A stretch of DNA of 64,000 nt from SAR324 cluster bacterium (GCA_002995645.1 PUHO01000007.1:1356-65355), one strand, 5' to 3'. Numbered from the stretch's first letter, positions 18,780-27,299 are shown. Notes: a model not told the origin generated them from the letters alone. Numbers and translations: made by a program.

Positions 18780-19349
18780 ATGGGAAGGAAAAAAAATATA
18801 AAAAAGACTATAATCATTACTCTTGGAATAGGCGTGTTTCTTAGTATTATTGGCTTTGTGATTTTAAAGCAAAGTATTGATTACACAAATAAAACCGAGT
18901 ATTGTTTAAGTTGCCATGAACCGCTACGAGATAGCTATCTATCTTCGTCACATGGGCAAAATAAAACGGGAATACAAGTACAATGTGTAAGTTGTCATGC
19001 TCCGTTAATGGAAAACGATATAGAAAATTTATCACATAAATTCTTAGCGTTAAAACGACCGGTAGCCAAGTTTTTTGGTGCATTAAAGACGGAAGACGAC
19101 TTTAATAACAAAAGATTAGAAATGGCAACAAACGTTTGGCAATGGATGAAGAAGAGCCCGGAAGAAGGGTGCCGATCTTGTCATAGTTTTAAACATATGG
19201 ATTTAACTAAGCAAGAGTCAAGGGCAGTGCAACACCATTTGAAAGCAGCAAAGAATGGACAGACTTGTATTGCATGCCATGCCGGCATTGTTCACGGTAT
19301 GATGGAAGGCGGCGTGAAAAAACATCACGAATTATTCTGGTCGCATTAA
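18780..19349 (+). CDS. napC: membrane-anchored tetrahaem cytochrome c, NapC/NirT family
   Basis: 189 aa with an N-terminal TM helix and four CxxCH motifs (CLSCH, CVSCH, CRSCH, CIACH). Confidence 0.9.
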   Translation: MGRKKNIKKTIIITLGIGVFLSIIGFVILKQSIDYTNKTEYCLSCHEPLRDSYLSSSHGQNKTGIQVQCVSCHAPLMENDIENLSHKFLALKRPVAKFFGALKTEDDFNNKRLEMATNVWQWMKKSPEEGCRSCHSFKHMDLTKQESRAVQHHLKAAKNGQTCIACHAGIVHGMMEGGVKKHHELFWSH

Positions 19350-19364
19350 GAAGAGAGAAAGCCT

Positions 19365-19895
19365 TTGTTTTTACGAAACAAACGACGTAACGGTGCGAGT
19401 TTACGACGTTTTTTAACAGGTGCGGCTTTCTTTCCAATAAGCGCGCTTCCTTGGCGTAAAGAGGCAGAGGTTTTTCTTGATCATTGTAAAAAGAAGCAAT
19501 GTTATCAATGTATTGACCTTTGCCCTGAAAAAGTGCTTGTGCCAACGGTGCAAGGTTTGCCGGCTATGGACTTTAGCAAGAACGGTTGTAGCTTTTGCGG
19601 CAAATGCGCCACGGTTTGCCCGGAGAATTTATTTTTTCCTATAACAACCAAGCCGTGGGATTTAGTAGTTAGCTTTGTGAAAGAAGATTGCGTTGCTTTT
19701 GCTAACGTACATTGCCGTAGTTGTGAAGAGGTTTGCGATCAAGACGCGATTAGCTTTATTGCGCAAGATGACGGTAGTCCAAGCAAGCCGTCTATAGATT
19801 TGGCAAAGTGTAACGGTTGCGGTAAGTGTGTTGCCCCTTGTATGACAGGTGCGTTGCGCGTTACGTCTGCAGATAAACTTTTTTTTCTTCAGTAG
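19365..19895 (+). CDS. napF: ferredoxin-type iron-sulfur protein NapF
   Basis: 176 aa with a TTG start in the ORF track. It has an N-terminal RRFLTG motif and Cys clusters CYQCIDLCP, CSFCGKCATVCP, CRSCEEVCD and CNGCGKCVAPC, collinear with E. coli NapF. Confidence 0.8.
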   Translation: MFLRNKRRNGASLRRFLTGAAFFPISALPWRKEAEVFLDHCKKKQCYQCIDLCPEKVLVPTVQGLPAMDFSKNGCSFCGKCATVCPENLFFPITTKPWDLVVSFVKEDCVAFANVHCRSCEEVCDQDAISFIAQDDGSPSKPSIDLAKCNGCGKCVAPCMTGALRVTSADKLFFLQ

Positions 19896-20995
19896 TAGCC
19901 TGTACTAGCTTTGCTTACTTCTCTCGATCTGCCTTGCTCTTCTTTGCCCCGCCCGCATTAGCTTTGCTTATTTCCTTTATTCCACCTTGTCTTTTTCTTT
20001 CCTTACTTTGATTACTTTGCTTGCTATGCTCGTATTCGCCCTGCTTGTTTCTTTTTCTTTCTTGTTTTGCTTTTTCCACTTGCTTCGCCTTGCCGTTTTC
20101 TTGAATTGCTCGCACTCGCCTTGCCGTTGTATTACTTCGTTTGTATTAGCATATTTCCCTTCTAACTTCGCTTTTTCCCTTGCTCTGCCTTATCTTTTCT
20201 TTGCCCCGCCCGCATTAACTTTGTTCCCTTGCTCTTCCTTACCCTGCCTTATCTTTTCTTTTCCCCGCCCGCACTAGCTTTGTTCTTTTGCTCTTCCTTG
20301 CCCCGCCCGCATTAACTTTGTTCTTTTGCCACGCCTTGCCGTTTTCTTGCATTGCCCGCATTAGTTTTGCTTACTTCTCTCGATCTTCCTTGCTCTTTCT
20401 TGCTACGCCCGCATTAGCTTTATATTCTTGCCTCGTCTTTTTCTTTCATTCTAAAGAGTTATTAAAAGTATAAAAAATCTATGGTGAATATGTAGAAGTT
20501 TTGCTTGCCTCGTTCGAACTAGTTTTTCCCCCTTGCTCTGCTCCGCTTTTTTTCTTCCTTACTCTTCCTTGCTCTGCCCGCATTAGCTTTCATCTCTGCT
20601 AACTTCGCTTCTGCCTTACTCTGCATTGCCCGTAGTCGCCCTGCTTACTTCTCTCGATCTGCCTTGCTCTTCTTTGCTCCGCCCGCACTAGTTTTTCCCC
20701 CTTGCTCTGCTCCGCTTTTTTTCTTCCTTACTCTTCCTTTCCCCGCCCGCATCAGCTTTCATCTCTGCTAACTTCGCTTTTTTCCTTACTCTGCATTGCC
20801 CGTAGTCGCCCTGCTTACTTCTCTCGATCTGCCTTGCTCTTCTTTGCTCCGCCCGCACTAGTTTTTTCCCCTTGCTCTGCTCCGCTTTTTTTCTTCCTTA
20901 CTCTTCCTTGCTCTGCCCGCACTAGCTTTTATCTCTGCTAACTTCGCTTTTCCCCCTTGCTATGCCCGCATTAGCTTTGTTCTTTTCTCTCATTT
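19896..20995. repeat. 1.1-kb polypyrimidine-rich (+ strand) repeat block with ~12 copies of GCCCGCA(T/C)TA(G/A)(C/T)TTT and a ~170-bp higher-order repeat
   Basis: Motif starts are at 19951, 20208, 20267, 20305, 20354, 20407, 20576, 20681, 20745, 20851, 20915 and 20964. The variant GCCCGTAGTCGCC occurs at 20628 and 20798. The 170-bp period is seen from 20576/20745/20915, 20681/20851 and 20628/20798. In three 60-nt lines I counted, the + strand is 78-85% C+T. A short AT-rich interruption lies at ~20450-20510. Confidence 0.9.
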
Positions 20996-21162
20996 GTTTT
21001 TTTACATAATGTAATCTATACAAATTGACAACAATAGGTAACAGATTACTAAGGCTAAGCATACATAAAAAATGTCACAACTATATACAATAATATAAGC
21101 ACTGTATCAATAAAGAATTGACAGCTTCTTATAAACAATAATAAATAAACTGTTAACTATTA

Positions 21163-21191
21163 TTGACAAGCGATTCGTATTATTGTATGAT
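21163..21191 (+). promoter_or_regulatory. candidate sigma70 promoter of the phage-like head operon (TTGACA-17-TATGAT)
   Basis: TTGACA at 21163-21168, 17-bp spacer, TATGAT at 21186-21191, 37 bp upstream of the ATG at 21228. Two further ATTGACA motifs lie at ~21024 and ~21114. TATTATTG is present at 21158 and 21178, with its inverse CAATAATA at 21136. Confidence 0.5.
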
Positions 21192-21227
21192 TAATTATAG
21201 AAAGGGTGACAAACAAAATAAGGAAAT

Positions 21228-23033
21228 ATGAATAGATCATTAACAATAGAAAGGTTATCTAAACATAATAAACAGCAAATAATTAACTATTTACGTGCCA
21301 ATAAAAGTTATCAAGAAATAGCTGAGATATGCCATAAAACAGGAATGCCTTTAAAAGTAGGAGTCGCAGCGTTACGTAACTACGATACAAAATACAAAAT
21401 ATCTAAACAAGGTAAGGAACGAGCTAAGAAAATACAAGAAAATTTGACTAACGTAAAGCAAAAGCAACCGATAGAAGGTAACTTGCCTACATCGTTAAAA
21501 ATAGAAAAATTATCTAAACATAATAAACAGCAAATAATTAACTATTTACGTGCCAATAAAAGTTATCAAGAAATAGCTGAGATATGCCATAAAACAGGAA
21601 TGCCATTAAAAGTAGGAGTCGCAGCGTTACGTAATTACGATACAAAATACAAAATATCTAAACAAGGCAAGGAATGGGCTAAGAAAATAGAAGAGAATTT
21701 GCCCAAGGTAAAGCAAAAGCAACCGATAGAAGGGATTTATAGTAACTTGCCTACATCGTTAAAAATAGAAAAAATACCTAAACATGATAGGCAGCAAATA
21801 ATTAACTATTTACGTAACAATAAAAGTTATCAAGAAATAGCTGAGATATGCCATAAAACAGGAATGCCATTAAAAGTAGGAGTCGCAGCGTTACGTAACT
21901 ACGATACAAAATACAAAATATCTAAACACGGCAAGGAACGAGCTAAGCAAATAGAAGAAAATTTGCCCAAGGTAAAGCAAAAGCAACCTATAGAAGGTAA
22001 CTTGCCTACGTCGTTAAAAATAGAAAAATTATCTAAACATGATAGACAGAAAATAATTAACTATTTACGTGCCAATAAAAGTTATCAAGAAATAGCTGAG
22101 ATAGGCAATAAAGCAGGAATGCCTTTAAAAGTAGGGGTCGCAGCGTTACGTAACTACGATACAAAATACAAAATATCTAAGCAAGGCAAGGAACGGGCTA
22201 AGAAAATAGAAGAAAATTTGACTAACGTAAAGCAAAAGCAACCGATAGAAGGGATTTATAGTAACTTGCCTACGTCGTTAAAAATAGAAAAATTACCTAA
22301 ACATAATAAACAGCAAATAATTAACTATTTACGTACCAATAAAAGTTATCAAGAAATAGCTGAGAGATGCCATAAAACAGGAATGCCCTTAAAAGTAGGG
22401 GTCGCAGCGTTACGTAACTACGATACAAAATACAAAATATCTAAACGAGCTAAGCAAATAGAAGAAAATTTGCCCAAGGTAAAGCAAAAGCAACCTATAG
22501 AAGGGATTTATAGTAACTTGCCTACGTCGTTAAAAATAGAAAAATTACCTAAACATGATAGGCAGCAAATAATTAACTATTTACGTGCCAATAAAAATTA
22601 TCAAGAAATAGCTGAGATATGCCATAAAACAGGAATGCCATTAAAAGTAGGAGTCGCGGCGTTACGTAACTACGATACAAAATACAAAATATCTAAACAA
22701 GGCAAGGAACGAGCTAAGAAAATAGAAGAAAATAATCGTCTTTGCTTGCCCAAGGTAAAGCAAAAGCAACCTATAGAAGGGATTTATAGTAACTTGCATC
22801 TATCGTTAATACAATTGATTTCACAACTAGAGGCAAAAGTACAATCGCCAAAAAGCAAGAAAGATCAGTTAAACGAAGTCAACATTTTATATAAAGTATC
22901 GCAAATGTTAAAACTACTTTCTTCAAATCAAGAAATCATAGGAACCGCCACCTCGGAAGAGACAGAGCAAAAACGGAAAGTAAATAGTAAGCATTTAAGG
23001 AAAGCAATCACGTCTATATACGGGAAAATATAG
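21228..23033 (+). CDS. tandem-repeat protein in the small-terminase position: six ~86-aa HTH-like modules plus a unique C-terminal tail
   Basis: 601 aa. Module starts are at nt 21228, 21480, 21744, 21999, 22263 and 22515 (periods 252/264/255/264/252/276, all multiples of 3). The unique tail starts at 22791. Module consensus is NLPTSLKIEKLxKHxxQQIINYLRANKSYQEIAEICHKTGMPLKVGVAALRNYDTKYKISKQGKERAKKIEENLxxVKQKQPIEG. As I recall it, this resembles the N-terminal HTH of Mu gp27/DUF3486 small terminases (SKIDxLPxxxxxxIxxLLxxGxSxxEIxxxLxxxGxxVSxSALxRY). It lies directly upstream of terL. Confidence 0.6.
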   Translation: MNRSLTIERLSKHNKQQIINYLRANKSYQEIAEICHKTGMPLKVGVAALRNYDTKYKISKQGKERAKKIQENLTNVKQKQPIEGNLPTSLKIEKLSKHNKQQIINYLRANKSYQEIAEICHKTGMPLKVGVAALRNYDTKYKISKQGKEWAKKIEENLPKVKQKQPIEGIYSNLPTSLKIEKIPKHDRQQIINYLRNNKSYQEIAEICHKTGMPLKVGVAALRNYDTKYKISKHGKERAKQIEENLPKVKQKQPIEGNLPTSLKIEKLSKHDRQKIINYLRANKSYQEIAEIGNKAGMPLKVGVAALRNYDTKYKISKQGKERAKKIEENLTNVKQKQPIEGIYSNLPTSLKIEKLPKHNKQQIINYLRTNKSYQEIAERCHKTGMPLKVGVAALRNYDTKYKISKRAKQIEENLPKVKQKQPIEGIYSNLPTSLKIEKLPKHDRQQIINYLRANKNYQEIAEICHKTGMPLKVGVAALRNYDTKYKISKQGKERAKKIEENNRLCLPKVKQKQPIEGIYSNLHLSLIQLISQLEAKVQSPKSKKDQLNEVNILYKVSQMLKLLSSNQEIIGTATSEETEQKRKVNSKHLRKAITSIYGKI

Positions 23034-23058
23034 GAAAGAAAAAAATAAGGAGGAGCCT

Positions 23059-24354
23059 ATGAAGCCACTTTTACCATTATACGACTACCAAAAGAATTGG
23101 CTTACAGATAAAAGCCGTTTCAAAATCGGTATGTTTGCAAGGCAAACAGGCAAAACGTTTATAACAACACTAGAAATTGTCTTAGCCTGTTTGCAAGCAG
23201 AAATAGAAGGAAAAGCAACAAAATGGTTAATCATATCAAGGTCTTTACGGCAAGCAAAAGAGGCGATGCAAGACGTGTATCAACATGTGCAAGTAATGGA
23301 TACTTTTTATAAAGCCTATCAATGGCATATTCCAACAGGAGAAAAAAATATAATGGAGTGGCAACTTCCCCATGGAAGCCGTGTTATTGCTTTGCCTGCT
23401 AATGCAGATACAATCAGAGGCTATTCAAGTAACGTGTTGCTAGATGAATTTGCTTTTCACCAAGATCTAGCAAGTATCTGGTCGGCTGTTTTTCCTATTA
23501 TATCATCAGGTAAACGTATGCTTATTGTCTCTACGCCAAACGGAACGAATAATTATTTTTATGAAATAATGACAAATAAACAAAACCTGTGGAGCCGGCA
23601 TATTGTGGATATTTACCAAGCAAAGCAAGGCGGCTTGCCAAGAGATATTAAAGAAATGAAAAAGGCAGTGCTAGATTCGTACGTATGGCAACAAGAATAC
23701 GAATTGAAATGGCAACAAGAAGGGGAAAGCTGGATTGCAAAAGAATTGATTAAGTTAGTGCAAGATCCGCTTGCCGGCGTGCCTACGGCGTATGAAGGGA
23801 ACGAGTGTTTTATTGGCGTAGATATAGCGAGAAGGAACGATTTTTTTGTTATTGTTGTTTTAGAAAAATGCCAAGGCGTTTTGTGGTGTCGTGAGATTAT
23901 AGCAATGCAAAATACTTCTTTTCAAGAACAGGCAGATTTACTTTCAAATTGTATTTATAAATATAACGTTGTTAGTGTGTGTATGGATCAAACCGGCATG
24001 GGAGAAATGCCGGTGGAAGAAGCAAAAAAGAAGCATGGCAATATGATTCAAGGAATCCTAATGACACAAAAGAAAAAATACGATCTTGCCGTTATAGGAA
24101 AAATGCATTTTGAGCAAGAAACAAGCAAGCTACCGTGCGATAGGATTCTTGAAGAAGATATACAGTCTATTAGAAGGAAAGTAGCGTTAAACGGAGAGGT
24201 ACAACTTTATACAGAGCGAACAAAACAAGGGCACGGAGATAGAGCATGGGCGCTATTGTTAGCAACACAAGCAGCGTCGGGAAGGGAAGAAATCACATAT
24301 AATTATTATACTGTAGATTCGGGATCTCTATTTAATCAAAACAAATTTATGTAA
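23059..24354 (+). CDS. terminase large subunit (Mu gp28-like)
   Basis: 431 aa with a strong SD (AAGGAGG). It has Walker A-like ARQTGKTF, Walker B LLDEFAFH and a C-terminal nuclease-type HGDRAWAL motif. Confidence 0.88.
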   Translation: MKPLLPLYDYQKNWLTDKSRFKIGMFARQTGKTFITTLEIVLACLQAEIEGKATKWLIISRSLRQAKEAMQDVYQHVQVMDTFYKAYQWHIPTGEKNIMEWQLPHGSRVIALPANADTIRGYSSNVLLDEFAFHQDLASIWSAVFPIISSGKRMLIVSTPNGTNNYFYEIMTNKQNLWSRHIVDIYQAKQGGLPRDIKEMKKAVLDSYVWQQEYELKWQQEGESWIAKELIKLVQDPLAGVPTAYEGNECFIGVDIARRNDFFVIVVLEKCQGVLWCREIIAMQNTSFQEQADLLSNCIYKYNVVSVCMDQTGMGEMPVEEAKKKHGNMIQGILMTQKKKYDLAVIGKMHFEQETSKLPCDRILEEDIQSIRRKVALNGEVQLYTERTKQGHGDRAWALLLATQAASGREEITYNYYTVDSGSLFNQNKFM

Positions 24355-24696
24355 AAGAAACGTAGGCAACTTTATACAGAGCGAACAAAACAAGGGCACA
24401 GAGATAGAGCAAGGGCGCTATTGTTAGCAACACAAGCGGCGGCGGTAAGGGAAGAAATCACATATAATTATTATACTGTAGATTCGGGATCTCTATTTAA
24501 TCAAAACAAATTTATTTAAAAGAAACGTAGGCAACTTTATACAGAACGAACAAAACAAGGGCACGGAGATAGAGCATGGGCGCTATTGTTAGCAACACAA
24601 GCGGCGGCGGGAAGGGAAGAAATCACATATAATTACTATACTGTAGATTCGGGGTCTCTATTTAATCAAAACAAATTTATTTAAAAGAAACGTATG
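24202..24696 (+). repeat. exact-period 3 x 165-bp tandem triplication of the terL 3' end plus the terL-portal junction
   Basis: The units are 24202-24366, 24367-24531 and 24532-24696. Copies 2 and 3 still read QLYTERTKQGH(R/G)DRA(R/W)ALLLATQAAA..EEITYNYYTVDSGSLFNQNKFI-stop in the terL frame. The position of the portal ATG (24694) reads AGG in the two upstream copies. Confidence 0.95.
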
Positions 24697-25875
24697 CAAC
24701 CTATTTTTAAGAATAAACCGGTCATGGAACAAGAAATTTTTACAAATTGTATTGTAAAAAACAAACTAGAAGAATTGACCTGTACAAAGCAAAAATTAAC
24801 GCCAGCAAGATTAAAGCGTATTTTAGAAGAGTCAGACAGAGGCAATAACGAGCAAATGCTTGACCTTGCAAAAGAAATGGAAGAGCAAGAACCGCACTAT
24901 GCGGGCGTCTTAGCAGTACGCAAAAGAGCGATTACTTCCCTTCCTATGCGTATAGACAAAATAAACGAGTTCCCACAAGAAATGGGCGATTTACTTAAAC
25001 AAGTAATAAACGATCCTTGTTTTGGTCATATGTTAGAAGACGCACTAGACGCGCTAGGAAAAGGGTATAGTGTGATTGAAATTATATGGCAAAGAAAAAA
25101 AGGTTTTTGGATACCGAAAGAATACGTCTGGAAAGATCAAAAGCTATTTCAAATTGATATGAACAGTCGTAACAAAGTGTATTTTATAGGTAAAGAAAAA
25201 AAGCAGCTAATCCCGCAATATAAAGCTATTGTGCATTTACATAAATTGAAAAGCGAAGTGACTGCAAACGGCGGATTAGCAAGGTTAGTTTCGTTTAACT
25301 ATATGTGTAAAAACTTTACGCTACAAAGTTGGATGCGTTTTCTTGAACTATTTGGGCAACCGCTTAGGTTGGGAAAATATGCAAAAGGAGCAAAAGAACA
25401 AGATATAGCGGTGTTGAAAAAAGCAGTTTCCTATATAGGAAGCGATGCGGCGGCAGTAATACCGGAAAATATGCAAATTGAATTTGTCCAATCACTACGA
25501 AGTGGGAACGCAGAAATATTTGAAGATCTGGCAAGGTGGCTAGATGAACAAATATCAAAAGCCGTGTTAGGGCAAACCATGACCAGCGATAGCGGAAGCA
25601 GCTTTTCCCAAGCAAAAGTGCACAATGAAGTAAGGCAAGATATTTGTCGTGCTGACACAATGCATTTAGCAAGGACACTTAACAAAGACCTAATTAAAGC
25701 GATTGTAGATATTAATTTTGGAGAACAAACAATATATCCGCAATTTTGTTTTGCATTACCAACGAAAATAGACGCGCAAAGCGTGTTGGAAAGCGTTAAA
25801 ACGCTTATTCCACTAGGCTTGAACGTGGATCTTGATGCGGTTGCGAAAATGCTTAACATTCCTGTTAGTAAATAA
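24694..25875 (+). CDS. portal protein (Mu gp29-like, DUF935 type)
   Basis: 393 aa. LTPARLKRILEESDRGNNEQMLDLAKEMEEQEPHYAGVLAVRKRAI matches the conserved N-terminal DUF935 pattern as I recall it. It sits after terL. It is shorter than Mu gp29 (~510 aa). Confidence 0.8.
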   Translation: MQPIFKNKPVMEQEIFTNCIVKNKLEELTCTKQKLTPARLKRILEESDRGNNEQMLDLAKEMEEQEPHYAGVLAVRKRAITSLPMRIDKINEFPQEMGDLLKQVINDPCFGHMLEDALDALGKGYSVIEIIWQRKKGFWIPKEYVWKDQKLFQIDMNSRNKVYFIGKEKKQLIPQYKAIVHLHKLKSEVTANGGLARLVSFNYMCKNFTLQSWMRFLELFGQPLRLGKYAKGAKEQDIAVLKKAVSYIGSDAAAVIPENMQIEFVQSLRSGNAEIFEDLARWLDEQISKAVLGQTMTSDSGSSFSQAKVHNEVRQDICRADTMHLARTLNKDLIKAIVDINFGEQTIYPQFCFALPTKIDAQSVLESVKTLIPLGLNVDLDAVAKMLNIPVSK

Positions 25876-25893
25876 ATAAACCTAAGGAGGTAT

Positions 25894-26034
25894 ATGATAA
25901 TTATAATTATAGCATATTTAGTCATGTGTTGTTTGTATATTTGTAGCGGTTATATGGCATACAAAAACGGCAGCGTTTGGAATCTAAATAAATTTATCCG
26001 TTTCGTACGGCATTGGTTAACACATAGAAAATAG
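25894..26034 (+). CDS. small hydrophobic peptide (46 aa), not in the ORF track
   Basis: Own translation: MIIIIIAYLVMCCLYICSGYMAYKNGSVWNLNKFIRFVRHWLTHRK. A consensus SD AAGGAGG lies 5 nt upstream of the ATG. It has one TM segment followed by a basic tail, which is holin- or membrane-peptide-like. Confidence 0.45.
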   Translation: MIIIIIAYLVMCCLYICSGYMAYKNGSVWNLNKFIRFVRHWLTHRK

Positions 26035-26041
26035 GGGAATT

Positions 26042-26362
26042 ATGGAAGGACTATGGCAAGAATTACTACGTATACGTATAGGTTGGATAGTATACGGCAT
26101 GATTGGCGGCGTAATGGCTTTAATTGTGTTTATTACAAAAGCCGTTACAAATAACAAGAGAAAAGAAAGGAAAGAATTGGAAAAGTTTATACAAAAATTA
26201 GTGGTCCTAGAAAGGAAGCTCTACGGCTTACCAACAAAACAGGCAATGAACGGTTTATTTTCTCGTTTAGCCAGTTTAGAAGCGACTTTGAAAACACAAT
26301 CGCAAAATTTGGATATCATACAAAAGGGAATACTTAACTTAAGCTTAGAAAAAAGGGGGTAA
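26042..26362 (+). CDS. single-pass membrane protein with coiled-coil C-terminus
   Basis: 106 aa. It has a TM helix (GWIVYGMIGGVMALIVFITKAV) followed by charged helical sequence. The gene has an SD (AGGGGA). Confidence 0.5.
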   Translation: MEGLWQELLRIRIGWIVYGMIGGVMALIVFITKAVTNNKRKERKELEKFIQKLVVLERKLYGLPTKQAMNGLFSRLASLEATLKTQSQNLDIIQKGILNLSLEKRG

Positions 26363-26363
26363 A

Positions 26364-26552
26364 ATGGGAAGTGTAACAAACAAGAAAACAAGCAGAAGAA
26401 TACTATTAAAAGCACAAGAAGAATATAAGAAAAGAGGCGGTATTGTTAAAAAATTACCACCTTCACCGGAATGGAATCTAGAAAGGTCGTCTTACTATTC
26501 TTGGTTAGTGATCGCTAAAACAAGAATTGATTTAGCCGAGTTTGCCTATTAA
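26364..26552 (+). CDS. small basic hypothetical protein
   Basis: 62 aa with an SD (AAGGGGG). It is translationally coupled: its start lies 1 nt after the previous stop. Confidence 0.45.
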   Translation: MGSVTNKKTSRRILLKAQEEYKKRGGIVKKLPPSPEWNLERSSYYSWLVIAKTRIDLAEFAY

Positions 26553-26564
26553 GTAAAATCGCAA

Positions 26565-27299
26565 TTAAAGTAAGACTGTTTTACAAATCGCACGACCAAG
26601 AACTTGGAGTTGATCAAACGATTCTCTAGGGATAAAAATCTTTTCATATTCTTGGTTCGCACTGATTAAAGTAAGCCCGTCGCTACGAAGTTGCGTTGAT
26701 TTACAATAGATTCGATTGTCAAAGTATAGAATATAAATACAACCGTCTTCTAGGTTTTTATCTGCTGTGTTAATTAATACTTTATCCCCGGGGCTAAGTA
26801 TAGGCGACATAGAATTACCTTGAATAGTAATAACATGCGCCGACGCAGTATAGATCCCGAATTCTTCAAGAAAACGCCTAGGAACGGCAAGACGCTTTTC
26901 CGTTTCATCAGAAGCAAGGAAATTGCCGGTGCCGGCAGAAGCGTATACGTCGTCGCGAATAGTGATATACGCCATATCTTGCGTATTAGAAGAAGGAAGC
27001 AAGCCTTCGTCCGGCGGTTCGAGTGTTACCACGTCCATCATAGTGTCGTGATATTTCATAGAGGTTGATTCAAGGTAATCAAGACCGGTATATTCTTTTT
27101 CTTTAGCAGGGAGTTTGCCAGTAGCAAGCCATTGTAAAGAAACGTTAGCAACGTTGGCAATACGAACGGCTTTGTCAATAGACGGCATAGATCCGTGTAA
27201 GTATTTGTGTAATGTAGTAGAGGTTAAATTACATTCTTTTGCAAATTGACGTAAACTTTTGTCGCCAATAGCAATTTTTAATCTTTCAGAAAAACTCAT
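26565..27299 (-). CDS. CI/LexA-like repressor: N-terminal XRE-type HTH plus C-terminal S24 autopeptidase
   Basis: The HTH is SLRQFAKECNLTSTTLHKYLHG..PSIDKAVRIANVANVSLQWLATG. The S24 motifs are GNSMSP (Ser nucleophile) and YCKSTQL...L.SAN (Lys). The start is trimmed to the ATG at 27299 (MSFSERLK); the ORF-track start at 27308 is TTG. Confidence 0.85.
   Translation of the reverse strand: MSFSERLKIAIGDKSLRQFAKECNLTSTTLHKYLHGSMPSIDKAVRIANVANVSLQWLATGKLPAKEKEYTGLDYLESTSMKYHDTMMDVVTLEPPDEGLLPSSNTQDMAYITIRDDVYASAGTGNFLASDETEKRLAVPRRFLEEFGIYTASAHVITIQGNSMSPILSPGDKVLINTADKNLEDGCIYILYFDNRIYCKSTQLRSDGLTLISANQEYEKIFIPRESFDQLQVLGRAICKTVLL

Noticed and set aside
19915-20941. ORF-track entries inside the pyrimidine-rich block (19915..20115 minus; 19987..20277, 20288..20473 and 20702..20941 plus).
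   Set aside because: The translations are extreme low-complexity artefacts of the strand composition: L/F/S/P/C-rich on plus and K/E/Q/G-rich on minus. They have no SDs and they follow the DNA repeat structure. I treat them as non-coding.
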